Shown: positions 51,630 through 61,637, counted from the stretch's first letter. The stretch is 64,000 nucleotides of DNA from an uncultured bacterium (GCA_949285875.1 CASDZZ010000002.1:1101-65100), one strand, 5' to 3'. The notes: generated from the letters alone by a model not told the origin. Translations and numbers: made by a program.

Positions 51630-51705
51630 TGGCGCTTCAAGTAGGACTCGAACCTACGACCTGCCGGTTAACAGCCGGATGCTCTACCGACTGAGCTATT
51701 GAAGC
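51630..51705 (-). tRNA. tRNA-Asn (anticodon GTT), copy 2
   Basis: Differs from copy 1 by a single nucleotide. Confidence 0.85.
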
Positions 51706-51838
51706 ACTCATTTGTATTTGATAAACAAAATACAAATCAATTATATAGTTATTATATAACTTTGTCAATAATTTTATTCAAATGTTTACTTATTTTTTTA
51801 AATATGTTAAAATAACTTTCACAAAAAAGGGGTGAAAA

Positions 51839-52576
51839 TTGATGGAAACTATTAATTTTAATGATTTAACTTTTTTAGATGATAATTGTGTTACTCCAAG
51901 AGGTTCTTTTGGAAAAGTAAGAAAATGTCTCTTTGAAGGAAAAACTTATGCTTATAAAGATTTTTTTAATCCTTTTTTCTTAACAGGAAAAAAGAAAAAA
52001 ATAGAGGCTCTAAGTAGTTTAGCTAATGACTTTTTATTGACCCCTAAATATTTAGTTAAAAAGAAAAGTGGAAAAATAACTTATTTAACTGATTTTTGTG
52101 AAGGAAAAAATATAGATACAATTTCTAACTTAGATTTAAAAAGTAAAATCAACTACCTAAAAACAGCAAAAAAGCATATTCAAGAAATGCATGAATTAGG
52201 TATTATACACGCTGATTTAATTGGTACTAATATGATGGTCTTTCAAAATAAGGTATATATAATTGATTTTGATAATAGTTCATACAAAAATTTTAAAATA
52301 AAAATAAAAGATACTAATGATTTTTCAAGAAAATTTATAGAAACTTATGGAATTGTTAAAGAAGTAGATACTTTTATTTTCAATCTACTTACGTATTCGA
52401 TTATAAATGATTCGCACTTTTATTTAGTGAGAAGAGATATAGCAAATGGTAATTTTGGAGTCTTCTGTGACGATAGTGAAGCCCAAAAAATTTGTAAAAG
52501 CTTCTTTTTAGATGATAGATTCCCAAATGAAGATTATTTAATAGATACTTTAGATGAATCTAAATTTATTCGTTAG
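51839..52576 (+). CDS. small protein-kinase-like protein (245 aa)
   Basis: GSFGKV Gly-loop, AYK Lys, HADLIGTNMMV and IIDFD motifs. Confidence 0.6.
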   Translation: MMETINFNDLTFLDDNCVTPRGSFGKVRKCLFEGKTYAYKDFFNPFFLTGKKKKIEALSSLANDFLLTPKYLVKKKSGKITYLTDFCEGKNIDTISNLDLKSKINYLKTAKKHIQEMHELGIIHADLIGTNMMVFQNKVYIIDFDNSSYKNFKIKIKDTNDFSRKFIETYGIVKEVDTFIFNLLTYSIINDSHFYLVRRDIANGNFGVFCDDSEAQKICKSFFLDDRFPNEDYLIDTLDESKFIR

Positions 52577-54050
52577 ATTCATCTATTTTTATATTATAAA
52601 CACTTGGCCCCTTTATAGAGTTACCATCTATATCAAATCTTGAACCATGGCATGGACAATCCCAAGTTTTATCTATGGTATTAAAAGTTAAAAAGCATTT
52701 TAAGTGAGGGCACACATTTGAAACAATATGTTCTTTACCTATATCGTCATAATAAATACCTACTCTTTTTTTGTTTTTATAAGTAACAAAAACTTTATTT
52801 TTATACCAAGAAGGATTTTTCTTTATTAAATTAAATGAAAAAGACTTTAAGCTCGCACATAAAGTATTAACAAAAATACTTTTTATTTTTTTTAACTTGA
52901 GCTTTCTAGTTGGTTTAAAGATTTCTTCGTACTTATTTTTTTTATTATTTATCATATCAGAAATTATTTTTCCTGCCAACGTTCCATTTGTCATGCCCCA
53001 AGTATTATAACCAGTAGCTATAAAAATATCAGGGAATAAAGAAGTAATTTTTCCTATTAAAGGTAAATAATCATGGGTTAAAACATCCATATTAGACCAT
53101 GCATAATTAGGATTTTTGCTAGTCAACTTCTTAATATTATTAATACAATCTTGATAATTTTTTGCATAATTAATTTTGTCCCCTACTCTAGATGAATTAG
53201 ATAAAAGAATAAAAAAATTATCAGCAGTATACCTAAAAGATAACGTTGGGTAATTACTAGTTATACCATTTATATTTTTTTTGTCTTTAATTTTTGCTGC
53301 AGTAATATAAGACTTTTCTACATAAGATTTTAAAGGAAATAAACCAGGGATTGTAAAAAAAGGATAGTTACAAGCAAGTACTATTTTTTTTGTTTTGACA
53401 TAGTAATCATTTACTTTAACAATATATTTATCATTTTCAAATTTAATTTTATAGGCTTTGCTATTTTCTAAAGTTGTTATGTTTTTACTTTTTTTGATTT
53501 TATCTAAAAGTCCATACAGATACTTTACTGGATTAAAAACATATGTGTCTTTTACCGATAACATATTAAGTTTTTTTATTTTATTAAAACTTTTTTCTTC
53601 AGAATAAACTTTTGCTCCAAAATTTTTTAAAATTTCTTTTTCCAATTCAATTTTTTCTACCTCTTTAGGGTCGTTTGTAAAAGTAATTGACGTACTTTTT
53701 TCAAAATCACAGCTTATATTATTTTCCTTTATATTTTTCTTGATAATTTTAATCGCTTCTTTTTGAGATTCATAATATAATTTTGCGGTTTGAAAATCAT
53801 ATATATTTATTATTCTTTGATAGTTTAACTCTTGCAAATAAGTTATTTTACCTGTTGTTTTTGCAGTTGTATTATTAAATAATGAATTACCATCTATTAG
53901 CAAAACCTTATGCTTAGAATTTACTAAATTATAGGCTGTAGTAATTCCTGTTATACCAGCCCCTATTATTAGTATATCAGTTTCTAAATTTTCTTCTATT
54001 TTTTCAAAATTACTTTTTCTTATGTAATTTTGCCATAAACTTTTTTTCAT
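52566..54050 (-). CDS. FAD-dependent oxidoreductase with a C-terminal Rieske [2Fe-2S] domain
   Basis: ILIIGAGITG FAD motif; CPHLKC...CPCHGS Rieske motif. Confidence 0.8.
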   Translation of the reverse strand: MKKSLWQNYIRKSNFEKIEENLETDILIIGAGITGITTAYNLVNSKHKVLLIDGNSLFNNTTAKTTGKITYLQELNYQRIINIYDFQTAKLYYESQKEAIKIIKKNIKENNISCDFEKSTSITFTNDPKEVEKIELEKEILKNFGAKVYSEEKSFNKIKKLNMLSVKDTYVFNPVKYLYGLLDKIKKSKNITTLENSKAYKIKFENDKYIVKVNDYYVKTKKIVLACNYPFFTIPGLFPLKSYVEKSYITAAKIKDKKNINGITSNYPTLSFRYTADNFFILLSNSSRVGDKINYAKNYQDCINNIKKLTSKNPNYAWSNMDVLTHDYLPLIGKITSLFPDIFIATGYNTWGMTNGTLAGKIISDMINNKKNKYEEIFKPTRKLKLKKIKSIFVNTLCASLKSFSFNLIKKNPSWYKNKVFVTYKNKKRVGIYYDDIGKEHIVSNVCPHLKCFLTFNTIDKTWDCPCHGSRFDIDGNSIKGPSVYNIKIDESNE

Positions 54051-54168
54051 CTAGTATCACCAATATTATTATTGGTGATAAGGTTAACTTATATACAAAA
54101 AAAAGCACCTATTAAATAGATGTTTTATTTTAACTACTAGTTTATTAGATAGAAAAAAATGAATCAAG

Positions 54169-54420
54169 TTAATTATTTTCTATTATTTTTTTTGCATATG
54201 AACAATCGGAGACTAAGGTTTTCTTATTCTTTTCCGCATTTTTCATAACACTTTCTACCATTTTTAGCGCTATCTTTTGTCCTTTATAATCTTCTTTAAC
54301 CTCAGTATGAACTATATTCCAATTTTCTTTATTTTCAACAAAAACACATTCTCCTATTTTTTTACTATCATCATAAGCAACAGATTTATTATTTTCTTTA
54401 TCAAATACTATACTAATCAC
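54169..54420 (-). CDS. small GNAT-like (YjdJ-type) acetyltransferase-domain protein
   Basis: WNIVHTEVKEDYKGQKIALKMVE resembles the YjdJ/Acetyltransf_CG core. Confidence 0.55.
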   Translation of the reverse strand: MISIVFDKENNKSVAYDDSKKIGECVFVENKENWNIVHTEVKEDYKGQKIALKMVESVMKNAEKNKKTLVSDCSYAKKIIENN

Positions 54421-54507
54421 AGTATCACCTCAGTTCAAATCAAATTTAATAGCTAATTTTTCACATACATAAATAAAAAAAGCCCAAGTTGGACTCTTGA
54501 TTTTTCT

Positions 54508-54584
<77 letters not shown>

Positions 54585-54597
54585 ATGTAAATTTAAA

Positions 54598-54690
54598 TGG
54601 CGGAGGAAGAGGGATTCGAACCCCCGCGCCGGTTACCCGACCTCCCGGTTTTCAAGACCGGTCCCTTCAGCCAGACTTGGGTATTCCTCC
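54598..54690 (-). tRNA. tRNA-Ser (anticodon TGA)
   Basis: 93 nt with a long variable arm; loop CTTGAAA. Confidence 0.85.
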
Positions 54691-54786
54691 TTATACATAA
54701 TTATTATATGTAACTTTTCAAAACATATAACAACTAAATAACAATAGAATTATATCACAGGTATTTTTTATTTGTCAACCTATAAA

Positions 54787-54812
54787 TTAAAAAACAAGCA
54801 CCACATCGTGCT
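54787..54812 (-). terminator. terminator after the thioredoxin-like gene
   Basis: aacaagcac-cacatc-gtgcttgtt 9-bp stem; T-run on the minus strand. Confidence 0.55.
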
Positions 54813-54922
54813 TGTTAATGAATTTATATTCCGCCAGTCACTCAGTTAATTAAAAATTTCTTTAATTACCTTTAAACCAGCTCCATAATATTCACTCTCC
54901 ATTCAAAATATTTTTATCTATA

Positions 54923-55150
54923 TTAACAATTGACAAATTGATTCATAAATTTTGTTATTTCCCTAGCTGTTAAAACTTTACCCTCACTAACTAAATTATC
55001 GTTAATTACTAAACCGGGAATGTTTTTGACAGCTTTATTTTTTTCTTCTAGTTCTATTTCTACAGAACCCTCATAAGATTCTATAGCCCTTTCTACCATT
55101 TTTCTTAATTTTATTCCATTACTACAATTAAATCCTATAATTTTTATCTT
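54923..55150 (-). CDS. thioredoxin-fold protein related to the 'redox-active disulfide protein 2' family, with a degenerate CxxC (CSNG) and no canonical start
   Basis: (K)IKIIGFNCSNGIKLRKMVERAIE...NIPGLVINDNLVSEGKVLTAREI resembles the family consensus MKIQVLGSGCPKCKK...TPALVIDGEV. The only ATG (55099) lies after the CxxC-equivalent region. Confidence 0.4.
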   Translation of the reverse strand, partial: KIKIIGFNCSNGIKLRKMVERAIESYEGSVEIELEEKNKAVKNIPGLVINDNLVSEGKVLTAREITKFMNQFVNC

Positions 55151-55160
55151 CGTATAATAC

Positions 55161-55186
55161 TCACCTCACTTTCTATCTTAAGTATA
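55161..55186. repeat. 26-bp direct repeat, copy A (tcacctcactttctatcttaagtata)
   Basis: Copy B at 55287-55312 matches 23 of 26 nt. Both lie in the leader of the thioredoxin-like gene. Confidence 0.7.
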
Positions 55187-55286
55187 AAATTAAAATATTA
55201 AATTATTGTGTATTTTTTATTAAAGTTTATTAAAAATATAAAGAGTTAGAAAATTATAAATTTTAGTTGTTTTATATTAGAAGAAA

Positions 55287-55312
55287 TTCACCTCACTTTC
55301 TACTTCAAGTAT
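55287..55312. repeat. 26-bp direct repeat, copy B (tcacctcactttctacttcaagtata)
   Basis: Paired with copy A. Confidence 0.7.
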
Positions 55313-55460
55313 ACCTTTAATATATAAAAAAATTATGTGATTTATATTAAGTATTATTAAGAAATGTGTAATTTTTTTATCAAAAAAACCAACCTTTTGG
55401 TCAGTCTTTTTTTAACATCATCTCAAAAACCAATTAAACTAAATATTATTTATAAATTTA

Positions 55461-55862
55461 CTAGCATAATTCTTTTATTTCTTCTACATAAGCATATTTT
55501 TTATCTTTAAATTTTTTTAAATTCTCATATTTATCTTTTGCAAAATCCGATACGCAAGTTATTCTTTTATCACCTTCAGTTGTACTAACTAAAGGTATCG
55601 CATTTCTTTTCTTAGTTTCAAAAGAAATATAAAATCCTTGGGGCTCTTTATCTTGACCTACCAGTTTACTAGCCTCTTTAAATTTCTCCCAAGATAAAAA
55701 ATTAGATTCAAAAACATGGCAAATATCTTTTTCTTCTTTCGTGTATAAATTTTCCAATAAAATAAGTTTTCTTTCAAAAGCCAATTTTACCATTTCAGAA
55801 ATATATTTCATAACAAATTTATCTTTATTGCCTTGCAATTCCATAGCATAATTATAAACCAT
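55461..55862 (-). CDS. hypothetical protein
   Basis: 133-aa ORF. A terminator-like hairpin (accaaccttttggt followed by T7) lies at about 55385-55410. Confidence 0.5.
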   Translation of the reverse strand: MVYNYAMELQGNKDKFVMKYISEMVKLAFERKLILLENLYTKEEKDICHVFESNFLSWEKFKEASKLVGQDKEPQGFYISFETKKRNAIPLVSTTEGDKRITCVSDFAKDKYENLKKFKDKKYAYVEEIKELC

Positions 55863-55874
55863 ACCAACAAATTT

Positions 55875-56471
55875 TTACGCTATCTTTATGTTTTTAAAAC
55901 CTATTTCAGGATTATCTTCTTCATTCTTCAAAATAACCATATCATCATAAACTTCTTTAATCTGATCTAATGAATGAGTATGAAGCCAAATATAACTAGT
56001 ATGTAATATACCATCTAATCTATCAGTGCAAAGCTTTAGTGATTTATTCTCCAAAATATGATAATTAGAACAATCCATAAAATCATTTAAAGTTAGTCTA
56101 TCTTCTTTTAGATAATTTAATAATTCTCCATCTTTTTCTATCATATTAATGATACTTTTTTCTGAGGATTCTTGATTAGTATAATCACCAAATACATAGT
56201 CTATGCAATGTGCAAAACAAGGAGTACCAACATCATGTAACAAAGCTGCAATAGTTTCTTTTTTGTCATGAGTAAAATGCCAAGTCATATGTGCTACTAC
56301 TAAGCTGTGATCAAACCTAGTATATAAAAATAGCGGACTATAAAGCTTTGTATAATCAACACCACAAAACTGTGCTATACATTTTAATCTATTTAAAGTC
56401 TTAGTATTTAAATATTTGTCTATAAAATAAGGATAATCTTTATCTATAAATAAATTAATATATTGATCCAT
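55875..56471 (-). CDS. HD-domain phosphohydrolase
   Basis: H...HD motif in HSLVVAHM...ALLHDVG. Confidence 0.7.
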   Translation of the reverse strand: MDQYINLFIDKDYPYFIDKYLNTKTLNRLKCIAQFCGVDYTKLYSPLFLYTRFDHSLVVAHMTWHFTHDKKETIAALLHDVGTPCFAHCIDYVFGDYTNQESSEKSIINMIEKDGELLNYLKEDRLTLNDFMDCSNYHILENKSLKLCTDRLDGILHTSYIWLHTHSLDQIKEVYDDMVILKNEEDNPEIGFKNIKIA

Positions 56472-56577
56472 TTTATCATCACCTTTATTAATTATAGCAA
56501 TTTTGCTATATTAAAAAATAGGCATTGTAAAATTTAGTACAAAAAAAGACTTTAAGATAAGCCTTTTTATTTTAAAG

Positions 56578-56667
56578 TGGTGCCCGAGGCCGGACTTGAA
56601 CCGGCACGAGGGTTAAATCTCGCAGGATTTTAAGTCCTGTGCGTCTACCTGTTCCGCCACTCGGGCA
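56578..56667 (-). tRNA. tRNA-Leu (anticodon TAA)
   Basis: Long variable arm; loop CTTAAAA. Confidence 0.85.
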
Positions 56668-56668
56668 A

Positions 56669-56744
56669 TGGTGTCCTGTATGCGACTCGAACGCATGACC
56701 CTTTGATTAAAAGTCAAATGCTCTACCTACTGAGCTAACAGGAC
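56669..56744 (-). tRNA. tRNA-Lys (anticodon TTT)
   Basis: Reverse complement GTCCTGTTAGCTCAGTAGGTAGAGC...CTTTTAA...CCA. Confidence 0.85.
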
Positions 56745-56759
56745 ATATAATATAAAATT

Positions 56760-56835
56760 TGGTTGCCTCGGCAAGATTCGAACTTGCGCATGTCAGAGTC
56801 AAAGTCTGATGCCTTACCACTTGGCGACGAGGCAA
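56760..56835 (-). tRNA. tRNA-Gln (anticodon TTG)
   Basis: Loop CTTTGAC. Confidence 0.8.
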
Positions 56836-56841
56836 TCTAAG

Positions 56842-56925
56842 TGGTGGGGAGAGGTGGATTCGAACCACCGAACCCTAAGGAACAGATTTACAGTCTGCCG
56901 CGTTTAGCCACTTCGCTATCTCCCC
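56842..56925 (-). tRNA. tRNA-Tyr (anticodon GTA)
   Basis: 84 nt with a long variable arm; loop CTGTAAA. Confidence 0.85.
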
Positions 56926-56928
56926 AAG

Positions 56929-57005
<77 letters not shown>

Positions 57006-57007
57006 AA

Positions 57008-57084
57008 TGGTGGACGCTATAGGACTCGAACCTATGACCCCCTGCTTGTAAGGCAGGTGCTCTAACCAACTGAGCTAAGCATCC
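57008..57084 (-). tRNA. tRNA-Val (anticodon TAC)
   Basis: Reverse complement GGATGCTTAGCTCAGTTGGTTAGAGC...CTTACAA...CCA. Confidence 0.85.
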
Positions 57085-57145
57085 AAAACATACTAAGGAA
57101 CGTATATAAATATAACAATATTTTTAAATATTGTCAAGTACGTTT

Positions 57146-57505
57146 TTAAGATTTTTTGTTAATCTCGTTCATTTTTTTCTCAACCCATCCTGGTAATGCA
57201 TTTTTAAGTAAATAAAAACCAAAAACTGTTTCTTTTATTTTCTTTTTTCTAGGAGAATTAAAACCCTCATTTACATTTTTCGCGGATAATTTTAGTTGAT
57301 TATTAGCTTTTGAAATATCAAGTATTTTAACATTTATTTCTTCACCTAAAGTAAAATAATCTGTAATATCTTCAACAAATTTTTCACTTATCTCAGAAAT
57401 ATGAATCAAACCACTATATTCTTCATCTAAAGATGCAAAAGCACCATATTTTTCAATAGAAGTTATTTTGGCCCTAACAATGTCACCTTCCTTATATTTT
57501 TTCAT
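57146..57505 (-). CDS. S1 RNA-binding domain protein (YugI/GSP13-like)
   Basis: GDIVRAKITSIEKYGAFASL...GLIHISEIS S1 fold. Confidence 0.8.
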   Translation of the reverse strand: MKKYKEGDIVRAKITSIEKYGAFASLDEEYSGLIHISEISEKFVEDITDYFTLGEEINVKILDISKANNQLKLSAKNVNEGFNSPRKKKIKETVFGFYLLKNALPGWVEKKMNEINKKS

Positions 57506-57604
57506 AGATATAATACACCTCGAAGTTAATTATAACACATTCTTATTTTTTTGGAAACTTTACTTAATTCTTAAAGTTTTGTATAATTAAAACGGTGATT
57601 ACAG

Positions 57605-57832
57605 ATGAAAGATATAGATAAAAGGATTATTGAAATTATAGAAAGAATTAAACCTTATTTAAACCAAGATGGTGGAGATGTTGAATTTGTAAAATTTGAA
57701 GAAGGAATTGTTTATGTTAAATTAAAAGGAGCATGCGCTGGGTGTATGTTTGCAGATTTAACCATTCAAAATACAATTGAAGAACTTCTTATATCAGAGA
57801 TTCCAGAAGTTATAAAAGTAGAAAAGATTTAA
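57605..57832 (+). CDS. NifU-like (Nfu-type) Fe-S cluster carrier domain protein
   Basis: DGGDVEFVKFEEGIVYVKLKGACAGC is the Nfu C-terminal domain with CxxC. Confidence 0.85.
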   Translation: MKDIDKRIIEIIERIKPYLNQDGGDVEFVKFEEGIVYVKLKGACAGCMFADLTIQNTIEELLISEIPEVIKVEKI

Positions 57833-57843
57833 ATAAATTTTTA

Positions 57844-58770
57844 TTAAAATCTTTTTTTTATTAACCAATCTAATTGTGGAATATACCTTCCGTAAATTTT
57901 AGATAAAAACAGATGAACATTGCACAAAAATTCCTCATATTTTTCAGCCTTTATTATTATTTTTTCTATTATGTTTTCATCTAAATTTTTGTTTATTATA
58001 TCGTCATATAAATCAAAAAAGCAAGAAGGATACAAAAGTCTTCCATAAAATAACAAAGCTTCTTTATAACTTATATAATTATTAGCAAAAAATTCTTCTA
58101 CTAAGTTAAAGGAATCTTCTCCTGAAAAAAAAACCGATTTTATGTATTCACTTGTATCTCTTATTCTAAAATCACAAACGAAATTAAGTGGGTGGTACAA
58201 ATCGTATAAACTATCTTCTTTTTTTATTCTTTTATGACAAATACATTTAATTGCAATTTCATCTAGTTTAAAAACATTTCTAACATATGAAATAGCATTT
58301 TCAGCAAGTCCTATATAATAATTTATAAAATTACATAAATTAGGATATTTTTTTCCAATCTCTCCTACTTGTGATTCAAAAAAATCATTTTTTATTTCCC
58401 AAAGTTTCACCCAATTAAAACGTTCTAAAGTTTTGTTGCAATTAAAATCTATGGTACCATTATTAATATAACAAATATCAGATAATTTTATGCAAGCTTT
58501 TGGATTAATAAAAACTTCTAATAATATGTAAGGGACTTCCTTAACATATGTAATAATATTTTTTTCATTATTAAGTATTATTTCATGAACTAAAATATTT
58601 TTGCTTATCATCTTTCTATTTATTTCATAGAGACTATAAATATCATTTAATGGTCTATAAACAGGTTCAAAAACATACTTATTATCTAAGTAATTAAAAG
58701 TATATTTATTATCTTTATAACTTATTTCTTCTGGATGAAGATTGTAATAATAACTAAGTATGTTTTTCAT
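57844..58770 (-). CDS. hypothetical protein, possibly a CotS/YutH-type spore-coat kinase-fold protein
   Basis: AGGAGG RBS 7 nt ahead of the ATG at 58770. Cys/His-rich, about 308 aa. Adjacent to a NifU-like gene, as yutH and yutI are neighbours in Bacillus. No definitive motif. Confidence 0.35.
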   Translation of the reverse strand: MKNILSYYYNLHPEEISYKDNKYTFNYLDNKYVFEPVYRPLNDIYSLYEINRKMISKNILVHEIILNNEKNIITYVKEVPYILLEVFINPKACIKLSDICYINNGTIDFNCNKTLERFNWVKLWEIKNDFFESQVGEIGKKYPNLCNFINYYIGLAENAISYVRNVFKLDEIAIKCICHKRIKKEDSLYDLYHPLNFVCDFRIRDTSEYIKSVFFSGEDSFNLVEEFFANNYISYKEALLFYGRLLYPSCFFDLYDDIINKNLDENIIEKIIIKAEKYEEFLCNVHLFLSKIYGRYIPQLDWLIKKRF

Positions 58771-58820
58771 AAATAACCTCCTATTAAATAAGTATGTTAT
58801 TAAAGTAAAAAAAAGAAGCA

Positions 58821-60374
58821 TTATTTTGCTTCTTCCACGGCTCTTGTTTCCCTTATAACAGTAACTTTTATGGTTCCAGGATACTGCATTTCTTTTTCTA
58901 TTTTATCTTTGATATCCCTAGCGGTCTTATAGCTTCCTATATCATCTACTTTTTCAGGTTCTACAATTACCCTTAATTCTCTTCCAGCTTGCATAGCATA
59001 AGCCTTTTCAACGCCGTCAAAATTCTTTGCAATACTTTCTAATTGTTCTAACCTTTTTACATAATTTTCTAAAGAATCATTTCTTGCGCCAGGTCTTGCT
59101 GCTGATAAAGCATCTGCCACTGCAACTAATACTGCTATAACAGAACTAGGTTCTTTATCTCCATGGTGTGATTCTATAGAATTTATAACGATATCATCTT
59201 CACCATACTTTTTAGCTAAATCCGAACCTATTTCAACATGGCTTCCTTCAACTTCAAAATCAATAGCCTTTCCTATATCATGAAGAAGTCCGGCTCTTTT
59301 AGCTAAAGCAACATTTTCACCAAGTTCAGCTGCCATAATACCACACAAATGAGCTACTTCCTTAGAATGCTGCAACGCATTTTGACCATAACTAGTTCTA
59401 AAATTTAACTTACCTAAAATAGTAACCAATTCAGGATCAAGCTTAGTTATACCTAACTCGAACATAGCTTCTTCACCATATTCTCTGATCTTAACGTTTA
59501 AATCTTTACAAGTTTTATCATATAATTCTTCTATTCTAGAAGGATGTATCCTTCCATCTTTAATTAAAGTTTCTATAGTTTGTCTAGCTATTTCTCTTCT
59601 TAAAGGATCAAAACTAGATAAAACTATGGCTTCTGGAGTATCATCTATTATTAAATCAACACCAGTTACAGCTTCTATTGTTCTTATATTTCTTCCTTCT
59701 CTTCCAATTATTCTTCCCTTCATTTCATCATTAGGTAAAGTAACAACAGAAACCGTTTGTTCATTTGTTACATCAGATGCATATTTCTGCATTGCCATAA
59801 CAAGCATATTTTTTGCTTTCTTATCAACTTCTATTTTAGCTTCAGCTTCTTTTTCTTTAATGTACGCTGAAATTTCTGCACTCATAGAGTTTTCTACTTC
59901 CCTCATGATTGCATCTTTAGCTTGTTTTTTAGAAAAACCTGATATTTTTTCTAACTTTTCTATTTGTTCTTTAATAACATTTTCTGCTTTTTCTTCTAAT
60001 TTTTGAATTTCTTTTTGTCTTTGAATAATCCCATTTTCTTTTTCATCAAGCATTTGCTCCCTATTTTGAAGTAATGCATCTCTTCTGTCAATACTTCCCT
60101 CTCTTTGTAGTAAACGCTCTTCATTTTCTTTTATTTCTTTTTTCTTTTCTTTTATTTCTTTATCTGTTTCAACTTTTAATTTATAACTTTCTTCTTTGGC
60201 TTCAAGCATAGCATCACGTTTAGCTTTTTCAGCCTCTTTCTTTGCTTTTTCTATTATATTTAAAGCTGTATTTTCTTCGCTTTTTTTCTTAAAAATCATC
60301 GCAACAGATGCTATTATTGCCCCAACAAATAATCCAATTATTAGAAGTAAAACAGGAACTATAACACTTCCCAT
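58821..60374 (-). CDS. rny: ribonuclease Y
   Basis: N-terminal TM helix, coiled coil, KH domain (GREGRNIR) and HD domain (LLHDIGK). Confidence 0.95.
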   Translation of the reverse strand: MGSVIVPVLLLIIGLFVGAIIASVAMIFKKKSEENTALNIIEKAKKEAEKAKRDAMLEAKEESYKLKVETDKEIKEKKKEIKENEERLLQREGSIDRRDALLQNREQMLDEKENGIIQRQKEIQKLEEKAENVIKEQIEKLEKISGFSKKQAKDAIMREVENSMSAEISAYIKEKEAEAKIEVDKKAKNMLVMAMQKYASDVTNEQTVSVVTLPNDEMKGRIIGREGRNIRTIEAVTGVDLIIDDTPEAIVLSSFDPLRREIARQTIETLIKDGRIHPSRIEELYDKTCKDLNVKIREYGEEAMFELGITKLDPELVTILGKLNFRTSYGQNALQHSKEVAHLCGIMAAELGENVALAKRAGLLHDIGKAIDFEVEGSHVEIGSDLAKKYGEDDIVINSIESHHGDKEPSSVIAVLVAVADALSAARPGARNDSLENYVKRLEQLESIAKNFDGVEKAYAMQAGRELRVIVEPEKVDDIGSYKTARDIKDKIEKEMQYPGTIKVTVIRETRAVEEAK

Positions 60375-60519
60375 TTTAATTCCTCCTTATTTTTGTATAA
60401 CAAATATACACCTCTATTGTAAAATTTATCTAATTTAAAGTCAAGTTAAAGCAAAATAAAAAAAGAATAGTTAACATTTATTTAACCACTCATTTTATTT
60501 ATGATTTGTATAATAATTT

Positions 60520-61584
60520 TTAAAAGATTTTTTCAAGTAATTTAGAAAACCAATTTTTTTCTTTAAAATTACCATTATCTTCCTTTATGCTAATAAATAA
60601 TTTTTCTTCATGAATAGTTTTATTACCTAACTTTATTATTGCCTTACCTACTTCTTCATTATTTTTATAATCATCTTTTTCTTTAATTTCATAATCTATA
60701 TTAATTAAATCTTCTTCATCTTTAGTTACAGGATAAAAATAATCATCTAAAGCATAGATATTTTTATTTGGTAAATTCATTTTATCCTTATCAAATACTT
60801 TTACCATTTCGTAATTATTAAATCCATATTCATATAAATCTTTATGATTGCTAAAATCATTACCATCATTTAAAGTTACAACAATAAGATTCATTTTATC
60901 TTTTGTAGCTGAAGTAACTAATGTTCTATTAGCTTTTTCAGTATATCCAGTCTTTCCTGCTGTTGTATATTCATACGTGTATAATAGTTTATTTTTATTT
61001 GACCAAACATATGTTTTTTCTCCTGTTTTTACGGTATGTTTCTTACAACCAGATATTTTTTTAAAGACAGATAAACTATTTGCATATCTCATTAAAAGAG
61101 CCATATCATACGCGGTTGAATAGTTTTCATTTTTTTCATCTAAACCATGTGGATTTGAAAAAACTGTATTTTCCATTCCTATTTTCTTAGCTTTTTCGTT
61201 CATTTTATTAACAAATTTTTCTTCTCCACCTAAATACTCTGCTATCATTAATGCAGCATCATTTCCGCTTTGCATCAAAAGACCATATACCATATCTTCA
61301 AGCTTCATTTTTTCTCCTATACTTAAATAAATTGCAGATCCGTAAGCCTCTAATACTTTATCAGTTACAGTTACAACTTTATTCATCTTTCCAGATTCAA
61401 TTGCTATTACAGCGGTCATGATTTTGGTTGTTGACGCAATAAGCATTTTTTTATTTGCATTTTTAGATACTAAAATTCTTTTAGTATCTTCTTCCATTAA
61501 AATAGCTGATTCCCCCAGATTATAAGCTTCTATTTTTAAAGGAATAATAAGCATTAAAATAAATATTAAAAATATTTTTTTCAT
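60520..61584 (-). CDS. D-alanyl-D-alanine carboxypeptidase (PBP5/DacB-type)
   Basis: ASTTK (SxxK), SGN and KTG motifs; signal peptide. Confidence 0.9.
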   Translation of the reverse strand: MKKIFLIFILMLIIPLKIEAYNLGESAILMEEDTKRILVSKNANKKMLIASTTKIMTAVIAIESGKMNKVVTVTDKVLEAYGSAIYLSIGEKMKLEDMVYGLLMQSGNDAALMIAEYLGGEEKFVNKMNEKAKKIGMENTVFSNPHGLDEKNENYSTAYDMALLMRYANSLSVFKKISGCKKHTVKTGEKTYVWSNKNKLLYTYEYTTAGKTGYTEKANRTLVTSATKDKMNLIVVTLNDGNDFSNHKDLYEYGFNNYEMVKVFDKDKMNLPNKNIYALDDYFYPVTKDEEDLINIDYEIKEKDDYKNNEEVGKAIIKLGNKTIHEEKLFISIKEDNGNFKEKNWFSKLLEKIF

Positions 61585-61637
61585 TTATACCACCTATATA
61601 AATGTATGAAAAAAAGACTTTAAATATTAAAAGTCCT

